The notes beneath the pieces are model-generated. The model was not told where the DNA came from, ran no database searches, and saw nothing but the letters and a program-made list of their open reading frames with translations. A DNA stretch of 64,000 nucleotides, taken from the NCBI RefSeq assembly GCF_009914755.1, contig NC_060934.1. One strand, 5' to 3'. Shown here piece by piece: positions 12,386 to 25,082 of this stretch. This DNA comes from the human T2T-CHM13v2.0 reference genome, Homo sapiens. The stretch's first letter is position 1; the number at the start of each line of letters is the position of its first letter. Made by a program: the position numbers and the translations under genes.

Positions 12386-13708
12386 AAGTTTAAAATAATT
12401 TTCAAAAAGACAGCAAGTGGATAGAAAAAAATAAGGATGGGATCATTAAGTAGAAGAGACAGAGAACATCTGTCACACACACACCTATGTGCTGGCTGGC
12501 CATGGGTAGCCACATATTTGGGTCTAAGAGTTCAAGCCAAGTTGAAAAGAGAAAACTGGGTGTTTGCATGATTCACAAAATCTGTAATATATAAAGTCCA
12601 TAAAATATATATATGGGTTCTATGATAGTGTCCTGGACGACATTCTTATGATACATGTGCTGACAAAATTTTCTTTAAAAATGATTCCTTAATAGAGATA
12701 GATATTCTCTTCCCAAGAAATAATCCGTGCAAATCAGCTCTACTGGCAAGAGTGGTAGTTTAGGAGGCTGGGGAATATAATTCAGTCTGGGTACCTCTTC
12801 CTTTGCCAGTCTGGCTGAATGCCTGGATAATGGTAGGTTATCCCATGGGCAAACTAATAGAGAGTGTAAGGCACCAACAAATTATGTGTCTGTTGAATAA
12901 AAATTGGGTAATTTCTAGTGAAATTATTCAATCAAAAATCAAGAAAAAGTAGGTTTATATTTTCACCATTTGTTTATGTTTTCTGTAATTTTGAAGAATG
13001 GCTTATTTCAATTTGCATATATCAGAAGAAAGCACTGTCGTCTTCTCAGTTTTTATGGGCATTAACCTGGCCTCGATTCAGGGGCATATCTTATACTATT
13101 TAGAGAAATGAAACATTCTTGCTCTTCAAGCAATTGTGCTAAATGTTTTTCCTCTTGGTAACGTTTTGATTAATACTAAGTGGCCCTGAGCTTGAGATCG
13201 TGTTTCCTGGAAAGTTCCAGGAGTGTAGGTATCATCAGACTTCAGAGCTTGGTACAGAACAGGTGAAAAGAAGCCTTTTTTTCCACCCCCCATGACCCAT
13301 CACTTTTCCCAGGAAGCCAGAGGAAGCCTCAAAAATGGCTTACATTCTTTTCAGACGCTGTTTTTCTGACTCTACCCTATAGTCCAGATGGGTACATTCT
13401 TTAGGCCCTCAAGTGTTACTGAATAGAGCAGATGCACTGTTATTTGGCATCAAAAAATTGCATGGCATGTGTAACTGCCTTACCATGTAATAGCCAAAAT
13501 ATAGCCATATAGCACCCATGGAACCCAATAGTAACACCTAGCAGTGATGTCCATTGCTTAGTACTAGTTATATTAATGGGACAAAAGATAGGCAACACAC
13601 TTAATGAACAGATAAAGAATATCTGAGAATAATAAATTACATTATTATCAGAGCTGGAAAGAATTAAGCTGGGAAGGTCTCCTGAAAGATGTATGTCTTT
13701 ATATGTGA

Positions 13709-14205
13709 TATAAATCATTCTACTATAAAGACACATGCACACATATGTTTATTGTGGCACTGTTCACAATAGCAAAGATTTGGAACCAACCCAAATGCCC
13801 ATCAATGTTAGACTGGATAAAGAAAATGTAGCACATATACACCATGGAATACTATGCAGCCATAAAAAAGGATGAGTTCATGTCCTTTGCAGGGACATGG
13901 ATAAAGCTGGAAACCATCATTCTCAGCAAACTAACACAGGAACAGAAAACCAAACACCACATGTTCTCGCTCATAAGTGGGAGTCGAACAATGAGAACAC
14001 ATGGACACAGGGAGGGGAACATCACACACCGGGGCCTGTCGGGGGGTGAAGGGCAGGGGGAGGGATAGCATTAGGAGAAATACCTAATGTAGATGACAGG
14101 TTGATGGGTGCAGCAAACCACCATGGCACGTGTATACCTATGTAACAAATCTGCATGTTCTGCACATGTATCCCAGAACTTAAAGTATAATAAAACAAAC
14201 AAAAA
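13709..14205 (+). mobile_element. 5'-truncated L1PA (L1PA7/8-like) 3' end
   Basis: ORF2 C-terminal sequence (ORF track 13844-14068, EYYAAIKKDEFMSFAGTW), 3' UTR, A-rich tail, probable TSD atgtgatat. Confidence 0.95.
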
Positions 14206-14294
14206 ATGTGATATTACATACAGCACGACTAAATGTAGGTCAGATGTCCATGAATTCTTCTCCTCCCCTGAATTTTAAAATGTAGACATACAGG

Positions 14295-14636
<342 letters not shown>

Positions 14637-15637
14637 CTAAAGCACAATATCTGCGTTGACATTTTATGGATGTCTGTTTATAACTGTGCCCTCATCATGC
14701 ATAATAATCATGTTACAAAAACCTGTTTGAGAGAAAAATTAAAATATTAACTCATTTTTTATAATTAATGGGAGTTTCAATTTAGTTTCGCAAGTCACTC
14801 ATTATTTTAAATTTAACTTCAGTTCTCAGCTAAGGATGAAGTACCTTAAACAGTTATTTGGGAATAGTTTACTTCAGAGAAGCTACCTGGAACATGTCCA
14901 CAGAGATGGAAAATGTTTTCTCAGCAGAGAACTTTATATTTGTGATTCCAAAACAAAAGGCGGCATCATTTACCAGAATACAGCATGGTATAAAGCAGAC
15001 AAGTACACTAAAAGTTTTCATTAGCACTGAAATTAGTTGCATAAAGTTGATGTCACTTGTTGTCTTCGGTGACTTTAATTCCTGCTGCCTAAGTTAAATC
15101 AGTATGGCAGAAGAGCACATATCCTTGGTCATTTGTTGGAACAAAAAAAAGATTAAAAACCACACACACAACTGAGTGGTTAATTTGTTGCTATTTTGTC
15201 AAGTCAATTAAGTTGAAAATATTCCATTGTTGGGGAATGACCTGTTTGCCGATTTGAAGGTGACCCTAGACAGCAGAGCAAGAGCGACTTCCGTGGTGCA
15301 GCTCCGTGGGTCATTTTATATTTAGCGCTGTAATTGGCTTTTCTTCTTTCCCTTTATAAATTGTATGAAATTTGGGACGACTCAGGCTGCTGACTCCTTT
15401 GCAGGCTGGCTTCATAGATCAGAAATTTCTACTTAGGAGTGAAAATATATCTGTGCTCAGCTCATTATATTTGCTTATAGGGTCAGCCTTATCCATGGGG
15501 CAAGCTGGAAGCCACTGATGGTGTGATTAAAGAGCAAAAAGAAAGCTCCCTCATCCAGGGAGGCAGCAAGAACATGGTCTTTGTGTGACATTGTGCTGTT
15601 AAAAACAACAACAACAACACAAAAACAGAAAAACCCT

Positions 15638-15750
15638 TTGAACCTCATTTTCCTCATCTTTTAAATGGGGGTAAAGATTCCTAATTTTAGGGTCATTTGA
15701 CAATAAAATAAATCAAATGAGTGCTTTATATAAAGTGGTGATCAATAAAG
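15638..15750 (+). mobile_element. MIR fragment
   Basis: cctcattttcctcatcttttaaatgggggtaa. Confidence 0.6.
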
Positions 15751-15946
15751 ACTAATGGTTATATCCAAATAATTATCATCCCTACTAACCCATGGCCAGT
15801 CCTAGAAAGGACCAAAATGCCTCTGGGGAAGTGTTTCACATTGAGCCTTGAGCATCAGTCTTTGACTACTTTATGTGAATTCATTTATATAGTCCTTTCA
15901 ACTCACCAGCAGAGAGTAGAACCCAAGGGTGACATCACTGTCCTGG

Positions 15947-17195
15947 TGTGTCCGGAATTGGTGGGTTCTTGGTCTCACTGACTTCAAGAAAGAAGCCGCG
16001 TACCCTCGCGGTGGGTGTTACAGTTCTTAAAGGCAGCGTGTCCGGAGTTTGTTCCTTCTGATGTTAGGATGTGTTTGGAGTTTCTTCCTTCTGGTGGGTT
16101 TCTGGTCTCGCTGGCTCAGAAGTGAAGCTGCAGACTTTCACGAGTGCAGACCCAAAGAGTGAGCAGCAGCAAGATTTATTGCGAAGAGCAAAGAACAAAG
16201 CCTCCACAGCGTGGAAGGGGACCCTGGTTGCCACTGCCGGCTGGGGCAGCCTGCGTTTATTCCCTTATCTGGCTCCACCCACATCCTGCTGATTGGTCCA
16301 TTTTGCAGAGTGCTGACTGGTCTGTTTTACAGAGAGCTGATTGGTATATTTACAATTCCTTAGCTAGACATAAAGGTTATCCAAGTCCCCACTAGATTAG
16401 CTAGACACAGAGGACTGATTGGTGCATTTACAAACCTTGAGCTAGACACAGGGTGCTGTTTGCTGCATTTACAAACCTTGAGCTAGACACAGAGTACTGA
16501 TTGGTGTATTTATAATCCCTTAGCTAGACATAAAGGTTCTCCAAGTCATCACCAGACTCAAGAGCCCAGCTGGCTTCACCTAGTGGATCCCACACCGGGC
16601 CGCAGGTGGAGCTGCCCGCCAGTCCTGTGCCCTGCGCCGGCACTCCTCAGCCCTTGGGCGGTAGATGGGACCACGCGCAGCGGAGCAGGGGGCGGTGCTT
16701 GTCTGGGAGGTTCCAGCCGCGCAGGAGCCCACGGCGGGAAGAGGGGAAGCTCAGGCATGGCAGGCTGCAGGTCCCGAGCCCTGCCCTGCGGGGAGGCAGC
16801 TGGGGCCCAGCGAAAATTCGAACGGAGCGCCGGCGGGCCGGCACTGCTGGGGGACCCTGCGCACCCTCCGCAGCTGCTGGCCCGGGTGCTGAGCCCCTCA
16901 CTGCCCGGGCCGGTGGCGCCCGCCAGCCGCTCCGAATGCAGGGCCTCGGAGCCCACGCCCACCGGAACTCGCGCTGGCCCGCGAGCGCCGCGCGCAGCCC
17001 CGGTTCCCGCCCGCGCCTCTCCCTCCCCACCTCCCTGCAAGCAGACGGAGCCGGTTCCGACCTCAGCCAGCCCAGAGAGAGGCTCCCATAGTGCAGCGGC
17101 GGGCTGAAGGGCTCGTCAAGCACGGCCAGAGTGGGCACCGAGGCCGAGGAGGCGCCGAGAGCGAGGGAGGGCAGCCAGCACGCTGTCACCTCTCA
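15947..17195 (-). mobile_element. LTR12C (ERV9) solo LTR
   Basis: Termini tgtgtccggaattggtggg...gctgtcacctctca; 4-bp TSD ctgg (15943-15946 and 17196-17199); ~41-bp gctagacacagagtgctgattgg-type repeats; GC-rich U3. Confidence 0.97.
16170..16510 (-). promoter_or_regulatory. ERV9 LTR promoter/enhancer: CCAAT (NF-Y) array and AATAAA-type TATA element
   Basis: ATTGG at 16292, 16340, 16418 and 16500; minus-strand AATAAA at 16256-16261 (TATA-like) and 16175-16180 (polyA-like). Known ERV9 LTR layout; activity at this copy is not shown. Confidence 0.7.
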
Positions 17196-18394
17196 CTGGG
17201 ACACAGTTCAGAGCCTAGCCCTGTGGTAACACTTCTTGATAACAAAGAACAGAATCATAGGAGAGAGGAGCACCAGGGGTTGACAGAAGCAGCCTTTGAA
17301 TCAGGAAGCATCAGGACTACAAGTGGGAGGGCAGAATCCACCTCCCTCAATATGCTGAAGCAGAGAAAACTCCAGAGAACGGCCAGGGCATCCTGGGATT
17401 ACAAGCAGCAGAGGGCAGTGTAGATGCAAAGGAGGAACCAGGTAAGTTAAGGCACTAGTTCCTGTGGCCTGGAGTTGGTTGGCCTGTTGAGGACTAGCTA
17501 CTTCCTAGGCAATGACCTAAGAGGCAGCAGTTGCTCTTGGTCTTTAAAAGATCTCGTCTTTGTAGCACAGAACAACCTAAGCCTCGAGGCCAGCTAACTG
17601 AAGTCAGGATTTATTATGGAGAGAAAGTGCAAGGCACTGCCGCCTGCAAAGGGCAGGGGGCCCAGCCAGGTGCTAAGAGCAGTAGCAGGTGTTTTGTAAA
17701 GAGAATCCCCTCCCTTTTCACAAATGGTGGAACACCGACTTTGTCCATGAACTTGTTATTCAGTTTCCAGAAATTATATCCAGGTTAGAATGCCACTTCC
17801 ATCACATTCTGTAAGCTAGAAATGATTCAAGCAATTCAGGGGAAGTCACACATTATTTTATTATTTGTTTACTCAAATTGAGGGTCCTTCTCCATGTCTC
17901 CATTTATAAAATTAAGAATTGATTGAAGTTGTTGAGCTTTGATAACTTTTGGACTTCACGCAATGATTTGATTAGTAAAGAATGTGATTTGATGCAGGGA
18001 CCTCAGTAATAAGTAATGGGAGGTGGTTATAGTCCACATTCTTCTAGGAATCTATCCTACGGAAGGCTGGTCCAAGTGGTGGGTCCAGATATCAATCCAC
18101 ACTTATTATTGATTAAAGAGGCAAACAACAATTAGAAGCCAAAGTGAACAGATTGGCCATCTCAGATTTCAAAATGTTAGGCATTCTTATAGCCTAAAAT
18201 GTGTGATTATATGTGTGTGTTCATATGGATCAGACTTTTTCTGCAAGCTCTTTGTGGTCAGGTGCTGTGTCATCTTTGACTATTTTAGCATTAAATAGAG
18301 TGGTGGCACATAATCACCAATTAGCAAATGTTTGTAGTATTAATTATTTATACTCTACAAGTAGTAAAAGTGAACATGCAGACATAATGTTTAT

Positions 18395-18565
18395 TATTTT
18401 AATTTCACAAAAATACTGCAAAGTAGGCACTATTACTATGATCTCGTTACAGTCAAAGAAACTGAGGCAGAGAGAGGTCGCATAACTTGTTCAAGATTGC
18501 ACAGTTATAGGCAGATGTGGGATTTCAGCCTAGGCTAAAGTTTCTGTGTTTTAATCACTGCCATG
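18395..18565 (-). mobile_element. MIR SINE (preceded by a short L2 3' end near 18255-18345)
   Basis: aagaaactgaggcagagagaggtcgcataacttgttcaagattgcacag. Confidence 0.8.
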
Positions 18566-18914
18566 ATATACAGATAACAGAATTTGATGTTACAGCAATG
18601 ATGAATTGGTCTGAAGGGGACTCCTGTAGTAGTCAAAGACAGGAAGTTTATGAGAATCCATACAAATGAAAATAAGTTTCTGGCTGTCTATCATTTTCTC
18701 TTGTAAAAACATGTAGATGTCAGACATGGTTCAATTTAAAACATAACCTATGCGTCAATCACAAAATCATTTTGGTAGCTCTGGGGTGGCACATCAAAAA
18801 TAGATAATAGGTAGTCAGCCTCCAGAGCAGCTAAAATTGAGGTGCAATGATAGTCTTTGAGGCTGCTGATACACACTCACATGGCATGTATGAAGTGACT
18901 TTGAGGCCATTACA

Positions 18915-19125
18915 TTCTGGCCACAAAGCTAACTGATCTATGTGCTTGTGTCATTTAATCATCACCAAAAAATCAAGAAGTCAATGCCATTACCTTTCTT
19001 TTTAAATGGGGAAATTTGGGCTCAGAGAAATTAAATAACTTGCCCAAGGTCACAGAGTTAGTGAGTAATATAGCTTGGATTCAATCGTAGTTCAATTTGA
19101 CTTTAAAGTTCAAGCTTTTAATACC

Positions 19126-19163
<38 letters not shown>

Positions 19164-19283
19164 TAAATGTAGGTGGAATTTATTTGGTAAAAGGTTCCAG
19201 TTTAGGAAGAAATGGAATAGTAAGAGAGGAAAAGGAAGCAAGGCATAGAAGCTCGTTGTTTTTGATAAGTGAGACCTAGTAGA
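18915..19283. repeat. Copy 1 of an old local duplication: MIR(-) + (AC)16 at 19129-19160 + purine-rich flank
   Basis: Colinear similarity to 20240-20632 that continues beyond the MIR. Confidence 0.85.
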
Positions 19284-19909
19284 AACCAGTGTTCCAAATG
19301 GCAGTGTTTGTTGGAGACCTTGCTGCTTATCACAGGTGCAAGTTTCTTCAGTTTTCTGAAGTCTGAATAGCAGCAAGAGTTTATTTCAGAGTGGTGAGTG
19401 ATGAGCAGACCACCTAGCACACAGGGAGGTTTGCAACAGGTAAGCAGGAAGCGGGACTGTGGTAAGAAACTGACAGAAGGCATTGCTGAGGAGCCGAGGC
19501 CAGCAAAGTCACCTTGTGTGCCCACTGCCCTGAGCCTGTGATTTTCTTGGGTAAAGTAAGCTGGCTGGAGAATTGGTCTCTCAAACTAGCAAGGACAGGA
19601 AATTTGACCATCTCTGAAGGATAGACAAGGGAGCATTGAGAAGGATTATAGAAAGAGTGAGTCTTTACATCTACTAGAACGTTCTCTTGTTATGAAGAGG
19701 ATGGAATTCTAAGAAGGTTTTGTTGTCTGAGTGATATGATATTGAATATGGACAAAGAATGTTTGTATGTTTGTGGTCTGAGTATTTCCAAGGAGGCCAC
19801 AGATTTGACCCTAGTCACCTTTACAGCCTTCGAGCACTCCTCAATTTTAGCCAGATTGGGCATTCATTATTTCTTAAGCACATCTGAAGTCTCCCACCTT
19901 TAAAGTGTG

Positions 19910-20115
19910 TTCAATTCAATCCAGTTTAGTACTTACTGAGTATCGACTATGTGCTTGACACTGTTCTAGGGGCTTTGGTTGATCCAGCTTGTTTATGAGA
20001 TTTATTGCTTACTAAAAAGACAGATAGGTAAACCAATTATTTCACTCTAAGTGCTAAGCACTAAGAAGTTTGTACTGGGATCTATGAGACGACAGAGAAG
20101 GGTCACTTAACCCAC
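19910..20115 (-). mobile_element. L2 3' fragment
   Basis: tacttactgagtatcgactatgtgcttgacactgttctagg. Confidence 0.65.
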
Positions 20116-20239
20116 CACTGTACTCCCTCATTTATGGTAAGAAGGCATGGAAGAAGGCCTATCCTATCACTTCAAGGAGATCATTTTGACATGCATAGGG
20201 TTTTTCTAAAAAGGAGGTAGAATAGTAAAAATAACGTAT

Positions 20240-20632
20240 GTGCTGGGCACAGTGCTATATGATTTATATGCACTGCATCATTTAACCATCCCCCAAAATC
20301 AAAAAGCAAGAAGTAAACATCACTATCTTTTTCAGATGGAAAAACTGAGATTCAGAGAAGTTAAATAACAAGCCCAAGGTCACAGCATTAGTAAGTCAAA
20401 AAGCCTGGATTTAAATCTAGTTCTGACTTTAAAGCTCGAGTCCTTAGACACTGTTACACACACACACACACACACACACAGACACACACACACACGTATG
20501 TGAAATTTACTTGGCTTGAGGTTTCTGTCTGGCACTTTTTAATAAGTTTCGGAAGAAGTGGAATAGTAGAACAGGAAGAGGAAGCAGAGCATAGAGGGAA
20601 GTAATTTTTGATGACAGGTGAGACCTGGTAGA
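20240..20632. repeat. Copy 2 of the old local duplication: MIR(-) + (AC)n at 20456-20495 + purine-rich flank
   Basis: ggaagaagtggaatagta...aggaagcagagcataga...gtgagacctggtaga mirrors 19205-19282. Confidence 0.85.
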
Positions 20633-22284
20633 CGTAGTTCACTTTAAGATTCTAAATTAAACTCAAGTGTCATTTTTAAGGTGGTCAGCGAGGATATGGC
20701 CTGAGGCAGGGGAGACTATATGATAACTTTTGTTAGTGGCTTGCAGTTCTTACACCCAAGGAGCCAAAACTTCTAGAACCAGTTCAGTGCTCTGGGCTCC
20801 AGGAGGCTGATGGAATATAAGTGGCCTCAGCCTTCTGGCTCTCAGACAAAGGGGTGACACAGTAGTGTTTCAATAACTGTTTTTTTTTGTGGGTGTGTGT
20901 GAATATCTCCTCCTTCACAGAAAGGGAGAATGTGGTTTAATATTGAAGGGTAAGGTCTAAACTTGGATCTGGACACAATTTATTAAAGCTCCATTACTTC
21001 AAAACAACTGTCCAAAAATTGTCACTATCCTGTATGCAGGTAGAGATTTGGTCTATTCAGAAACTAAAAGGTCTTTTTTCAGGCAAGATTGTTCCAACTA
21101 ACCTAATCTAGGAAAATACTTTACCTAGGCAACTGAAGACCAAGCAATTATCTTGAGTTTATGTACATAGAAATGTATACAAACTGTGTATATACTACAC
21201 TACTGAGGGAAAGCTAGCGAATGATTATGACATATCTATGATCCTTTGCAATGGGCACCATTACAAAACATCACAGAGTGCTTACTTCAGAGATATAGCC
21301 TTTCTGTTTAATTTCCAGGGTACTTTTTTATTTTTGGTGTTAGGTGCTGGTCTTGGTGATGAAAATATGACTCAATAATGCTGGGAAGTAAATTCAGATA
21401 ATACTTTATGGTGCATTGATGTACATTATCTCATTAAACCAATTGTGAGAATTTGAAAGGGCATGCATGTTTTGTTCTATTTTAAAATTAGGAAAGGAGT
21501 GACTTTTCAGTGTTTTTTAATTGTCACCTGTGTTCTGGGTCTTGTCATCCTTCCCTTCAATTTCCAAATTCATAAAAGTTTAATGATAATGCCTTTTCTC
21601 TCCACTGTGTTGGATTCCTTCACCATTTAAAATCAGGAGACTGATTTAAAACTAATTGATAAAAATCAAAATATGCAAATCTAACTTATTAATCAGAACT
21701 AAGAATTTAGAATCCTTAATTTCAATTCAGTTTCCTATCGCTCTTCACTTTCTTTGTCTCTGTTTTTCCCACAATAATAAAGTAGGTTGCACCAAAATAA
21801 TAGTTTTCCAAGTCCTATAGTTGTAAGTCATAAAACATTATGACCAAACCACAGTATTTATGTGGAGTGATAAAGTACCATCTGAATGTCATGTTTCTCT
21901 TCATCTAAATATTTAACTGGCCAACCAATTTAAAAGAAACTTAAAACCGTGGGACCACATTATGGCAACAGTCTCTTATGTGGAACTTTATGATAGCTGT
22001 GTCTACACAGAACCTATGTCTAACATGTTTGAATAGGCAATTTTATTCCCCAACAATATACTAGAAGCGTAAACATTTATAATGGAAAAATACATATGCT
22101 TATGAGAAATGTGTGTTTACACTAGAAACATTGCAATTAGTGGATCCAGCACTCAAGCTTCTGACAAGTTTGTGGACTTCCTGAGTGCAGCTTAGGGTTT
22201 TACATTCTACGCCTTCTTCTAGCTATCACCATATTTTTCATTTTATCTTTATTGTCAAGCTTTTTGAAAGAGAAATAGAAACTA

Positions 22285-23932
22285 AGTATTTATACTGCCT
22301 CATTTTCCATTAACTCCTCAGTGAATTACCATCTGGCTGTTATTCCATCCATCTTCTTGCCAAAGTTATATGTGAACTCTTAGATGGCAATGCCAAAAGG
22401 ATACTGTTGAGGTCTTGTACTTCTGATGTTGCTGCAGTTGTTGACACTACTTATATGTCAGTTTGAAACTGTCTTTTTCTTTGGTATATATAGTGCTTTT
22501 CTCTCTTGATTTCTCATCTTCTTGTCTGGATGCTGTAGTGTAATCTCATTTTTGAGCATACCCTTTAAAAGTTTATGACACAAGAGAGTCTATTCTGACC
22601 TTTACTTTTCTCACTTTATTCACATTCTTATCTATTCTAGTGCTTTCAGTGTTTACCCCTCTGTATTTGATGACTCCAAAATTTCTACATAGTTTTATGT
22701 CTTTATCCTAGACTTCTCTCTTAGATCACAGATTCATATAACTAGTTGATTACTGAAAAACTTCACATAAATATCCCATTCACTCATCCTTATGTCAATC
22801 TGCTCATTCATTTACCGTAGCTTTTTGTATGTCCCACAAGCATACATTAACATTAAAACCAAACCCCTCATTTTGCCCCTGCAATAGCATCTATTTATTC
22901 TTCGTTTTCTATCTGATGCCTGGAAATGTTCTCTGCTTAGTTATACAAATTAAAAAAACCTGGTAACGTACTTGATTTAATGGTAAACTGTGCTCTCTAA
23001 AGGGGGATCCCTGGCCTTGGTAGTTTTGAAATCTTTCCAGGTGTTTCTAATGTATATCCAGGGTTGAAAGCTCTTCTGTAGATTAGTGCGTCACCAATTT
23101 TGATGTGCACAAGAATTACCTGGGGATCTTGGTAAAGTGCAAATTCTGACAAGGCAGGTCTGGGTTGTGGCCTGAGGTTCTGCATTTCTAATAAGCTCCC
23201 AGATGATGACAGATGCTGTTGGTTTGTGGAAAAACTTTGACTATTAAGACTTTAGGTGATTCCGTGATAATATCATCGGTTTACCTGTCCTCTCTTAGGG
23301 TTTGTTTGGTGGAATATCTGGAGGATTTCAAAGAGGATGTGGATTATTTCACCCATGCTTTTAGCAGTGCACCTTTTTGGTGAATTAGGTATTAACTAAG
23401 CCTTTCTCTTTTCTGAATAGCATATTTTAATCTCTCATTCTGAATTAAAAATGTACCAGGGACTTTGGCTATGGGATTTCAAGAGCTGCTTAAAGTACCA
23501 TCATTCTGTACATAGAATAATCATTTAGGTCTTGTCTTTCCATCTCCAGCCTAAACTCATACCTCTTGTCCTTTGAGCCATTCTCCCTTTGAAGCTGGAC
23601 CATTTATATATCAATATATGTATCATCAACTCACAGGGCTCTGTGCTTTTATACATGCTTTTCCTTTGCCTGGAATATTTTCCTTTACATATGACTTATC
23701 TTTCATATTGCAGCTCAGATATCATTTTATTTTGAGTCACATATTATTCATGTGCTCCCATAATGCCCTTTATTATTTCTATCAAAGACACTTACTATTG
23801 CTTTGTAGTTTTCAGTTTACTTGCTTATCTCTTAATTAACTGTGAAGCTCCTGAAGAGAGTACCCTAGAACTTTAGTGCCTAACATGATGCCTGGCACAT
23901 TGAGAGATTCAATACTTTCTGTGGAATAAATT
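22285..23932 (+). mobile_element. Fragmented L2 LINE interrupted by MER5 elements
   Basis: L2 motifs ttgatgactccaaaatttc, ctagacttctctc and 3' end gtgcctaacatgatgcctggcaca...tcaatactttctgtggaataaat. Confidence 0.65.
23000..23250. mobile_element. MER5A/MER5B hAT-Charlie fragments (two adjacent)
   Basis: ccaggtgtttctaatgtatatccagggttgaaa; aagaattacctggggatcttggtaaagtgcaaattctga...ctgcatttctaataagctcccagatgatg. Confidence 0.8.
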
Positions 23933-24504
23933 GCAGCTATTGATTGAAATTTAAGATGATAAATTAATTTACATATTTATTAATCAAGCTCTAGAGCTTG
24001 ATGCATCTCTAGATATTTATCCTGCCATACTCCAGTCAGATTAGGCAGCAACATTGGAGTAAATGAGCATTAAACATGAATACAGCAATATAATTTCAAT
24101 CATTTCTATTGGTCTGTGCCTTGATGGTTCATAGGTCATCAACTCAAGAGTTGATGAGCTTGTTTCCTGGTCTGTTTAAATTCTTAAATATTTTGAGGTT
24201 CCTTGTGTTATATATAAAGTTTCAGTGCCAAAAAATAAATAGCACTTGAATATAAAATTTTCTTGTTAATTTTCAGCAAGGCAAGGTACTTCTATAGAAG
24301 GTTGCACCCTTAAAGATGGAACAATGGTGAGCGCACACTTGGACAAGAGAGGGAAAGGGGTTCTTATCCCTGACATGTGTGGCCCCTGCTGCTGCTGCTG
24401 ACCCTATTGGCTAGGGTTAGACTGCACAGGCTAAACTAATTCCGACTGGCTAATTTAAAGAGAGTGACGGGGTGAGTGGTTTGGCGGGAAAAGTGGTTAT
24501 GACA

Positions 24505-24660
24505 GAGCAGGTAATCTGGATGAGTCAGGGTGGAGTAGGTAATCTGAATGAGTCAGGGTGGAGCAGGTAATTCGAATGAGTCAGGGTGGATAAGGTAATC
24601 AGAATCAGTCAGGGTGGAGCAGGTGATTGAAATGAGTCAGCGGGGAGCAGGTAATCGAAA
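24505..24660. promoter_or_regulatory. 28-bp tandem array (5.5 units) with AP-1 motifs inside LTR10
   Basis: Unit gagcaggtaatcNgaatgagtcagggtg; TGAGTCA at 24521, 24549, 24577 and 24633, mutated TCAGTCA at 24605. Confidence 0.9.
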
Positions 24661-24740
24661 AAGGTTGCTTTATGAGGAAGTTAAGTTTAAAAGTAGAAGG
24701 TAAAGAATTGAACATGCTGACATATTGATTCTTTGAAGAG

Positions 24741-25082
24741 AAACCATCATTCTCGGCAAACTATTGCAAGGACAAAAAACTAAACACCGCATGTTCTCAC
24801 TCATAGGTGGGAATTGAACAATGAGAACACATGGACACGGGAAGGGGAACATCACATGGACACAGGAAGGGGAACACTGGGGCCTGTTGTGGGGTGGGGG
24901 AAGTGGGGAGGGATAGCGTTAGGAAATATACCTAATGTTAAATGACGAGTTAATGGGTGCAGCACACCAACATGGCACATGTATGTATATGTAACAAACC
25001 TGCATGTTGTGTGTGCACTTGTACCCTAAAACTTAAAGTATAATAAAAAAAAAAAAGAAAATTAGACCAGTGGAAAAAAAAA
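24741..25082 (+). mobile_element. 5'-truncated L1PA (L1PA4/5-like) 3' end inserted in LTR10
   Basis: aaaccatcattctcggcaaacta...gtaccctaaaacttaaagtataataaaaa; LTR10 sequence resumes at aagaaatttagaac. Confidence 0.95.

Noticed and set aside
16576-17423. Cluster of long overlapping ORFs (110-180 aa) on both strands
   Set aside because: They lie in or start in the GC-rich U3 of LTR12C, where stop codons are rare; low-complexity Ala/Pro/Gly/Arg content and no recognisable protein
24505-24660. Regularly spaced 28-bp repeats (also 49-bp repeats at 51234 and ~41-bp repeats at 16400) as CRISPR-like arrays
   Set aside because: Head-to-tail tandem units without unique spacers, inside known primate retroelements; no cas genes
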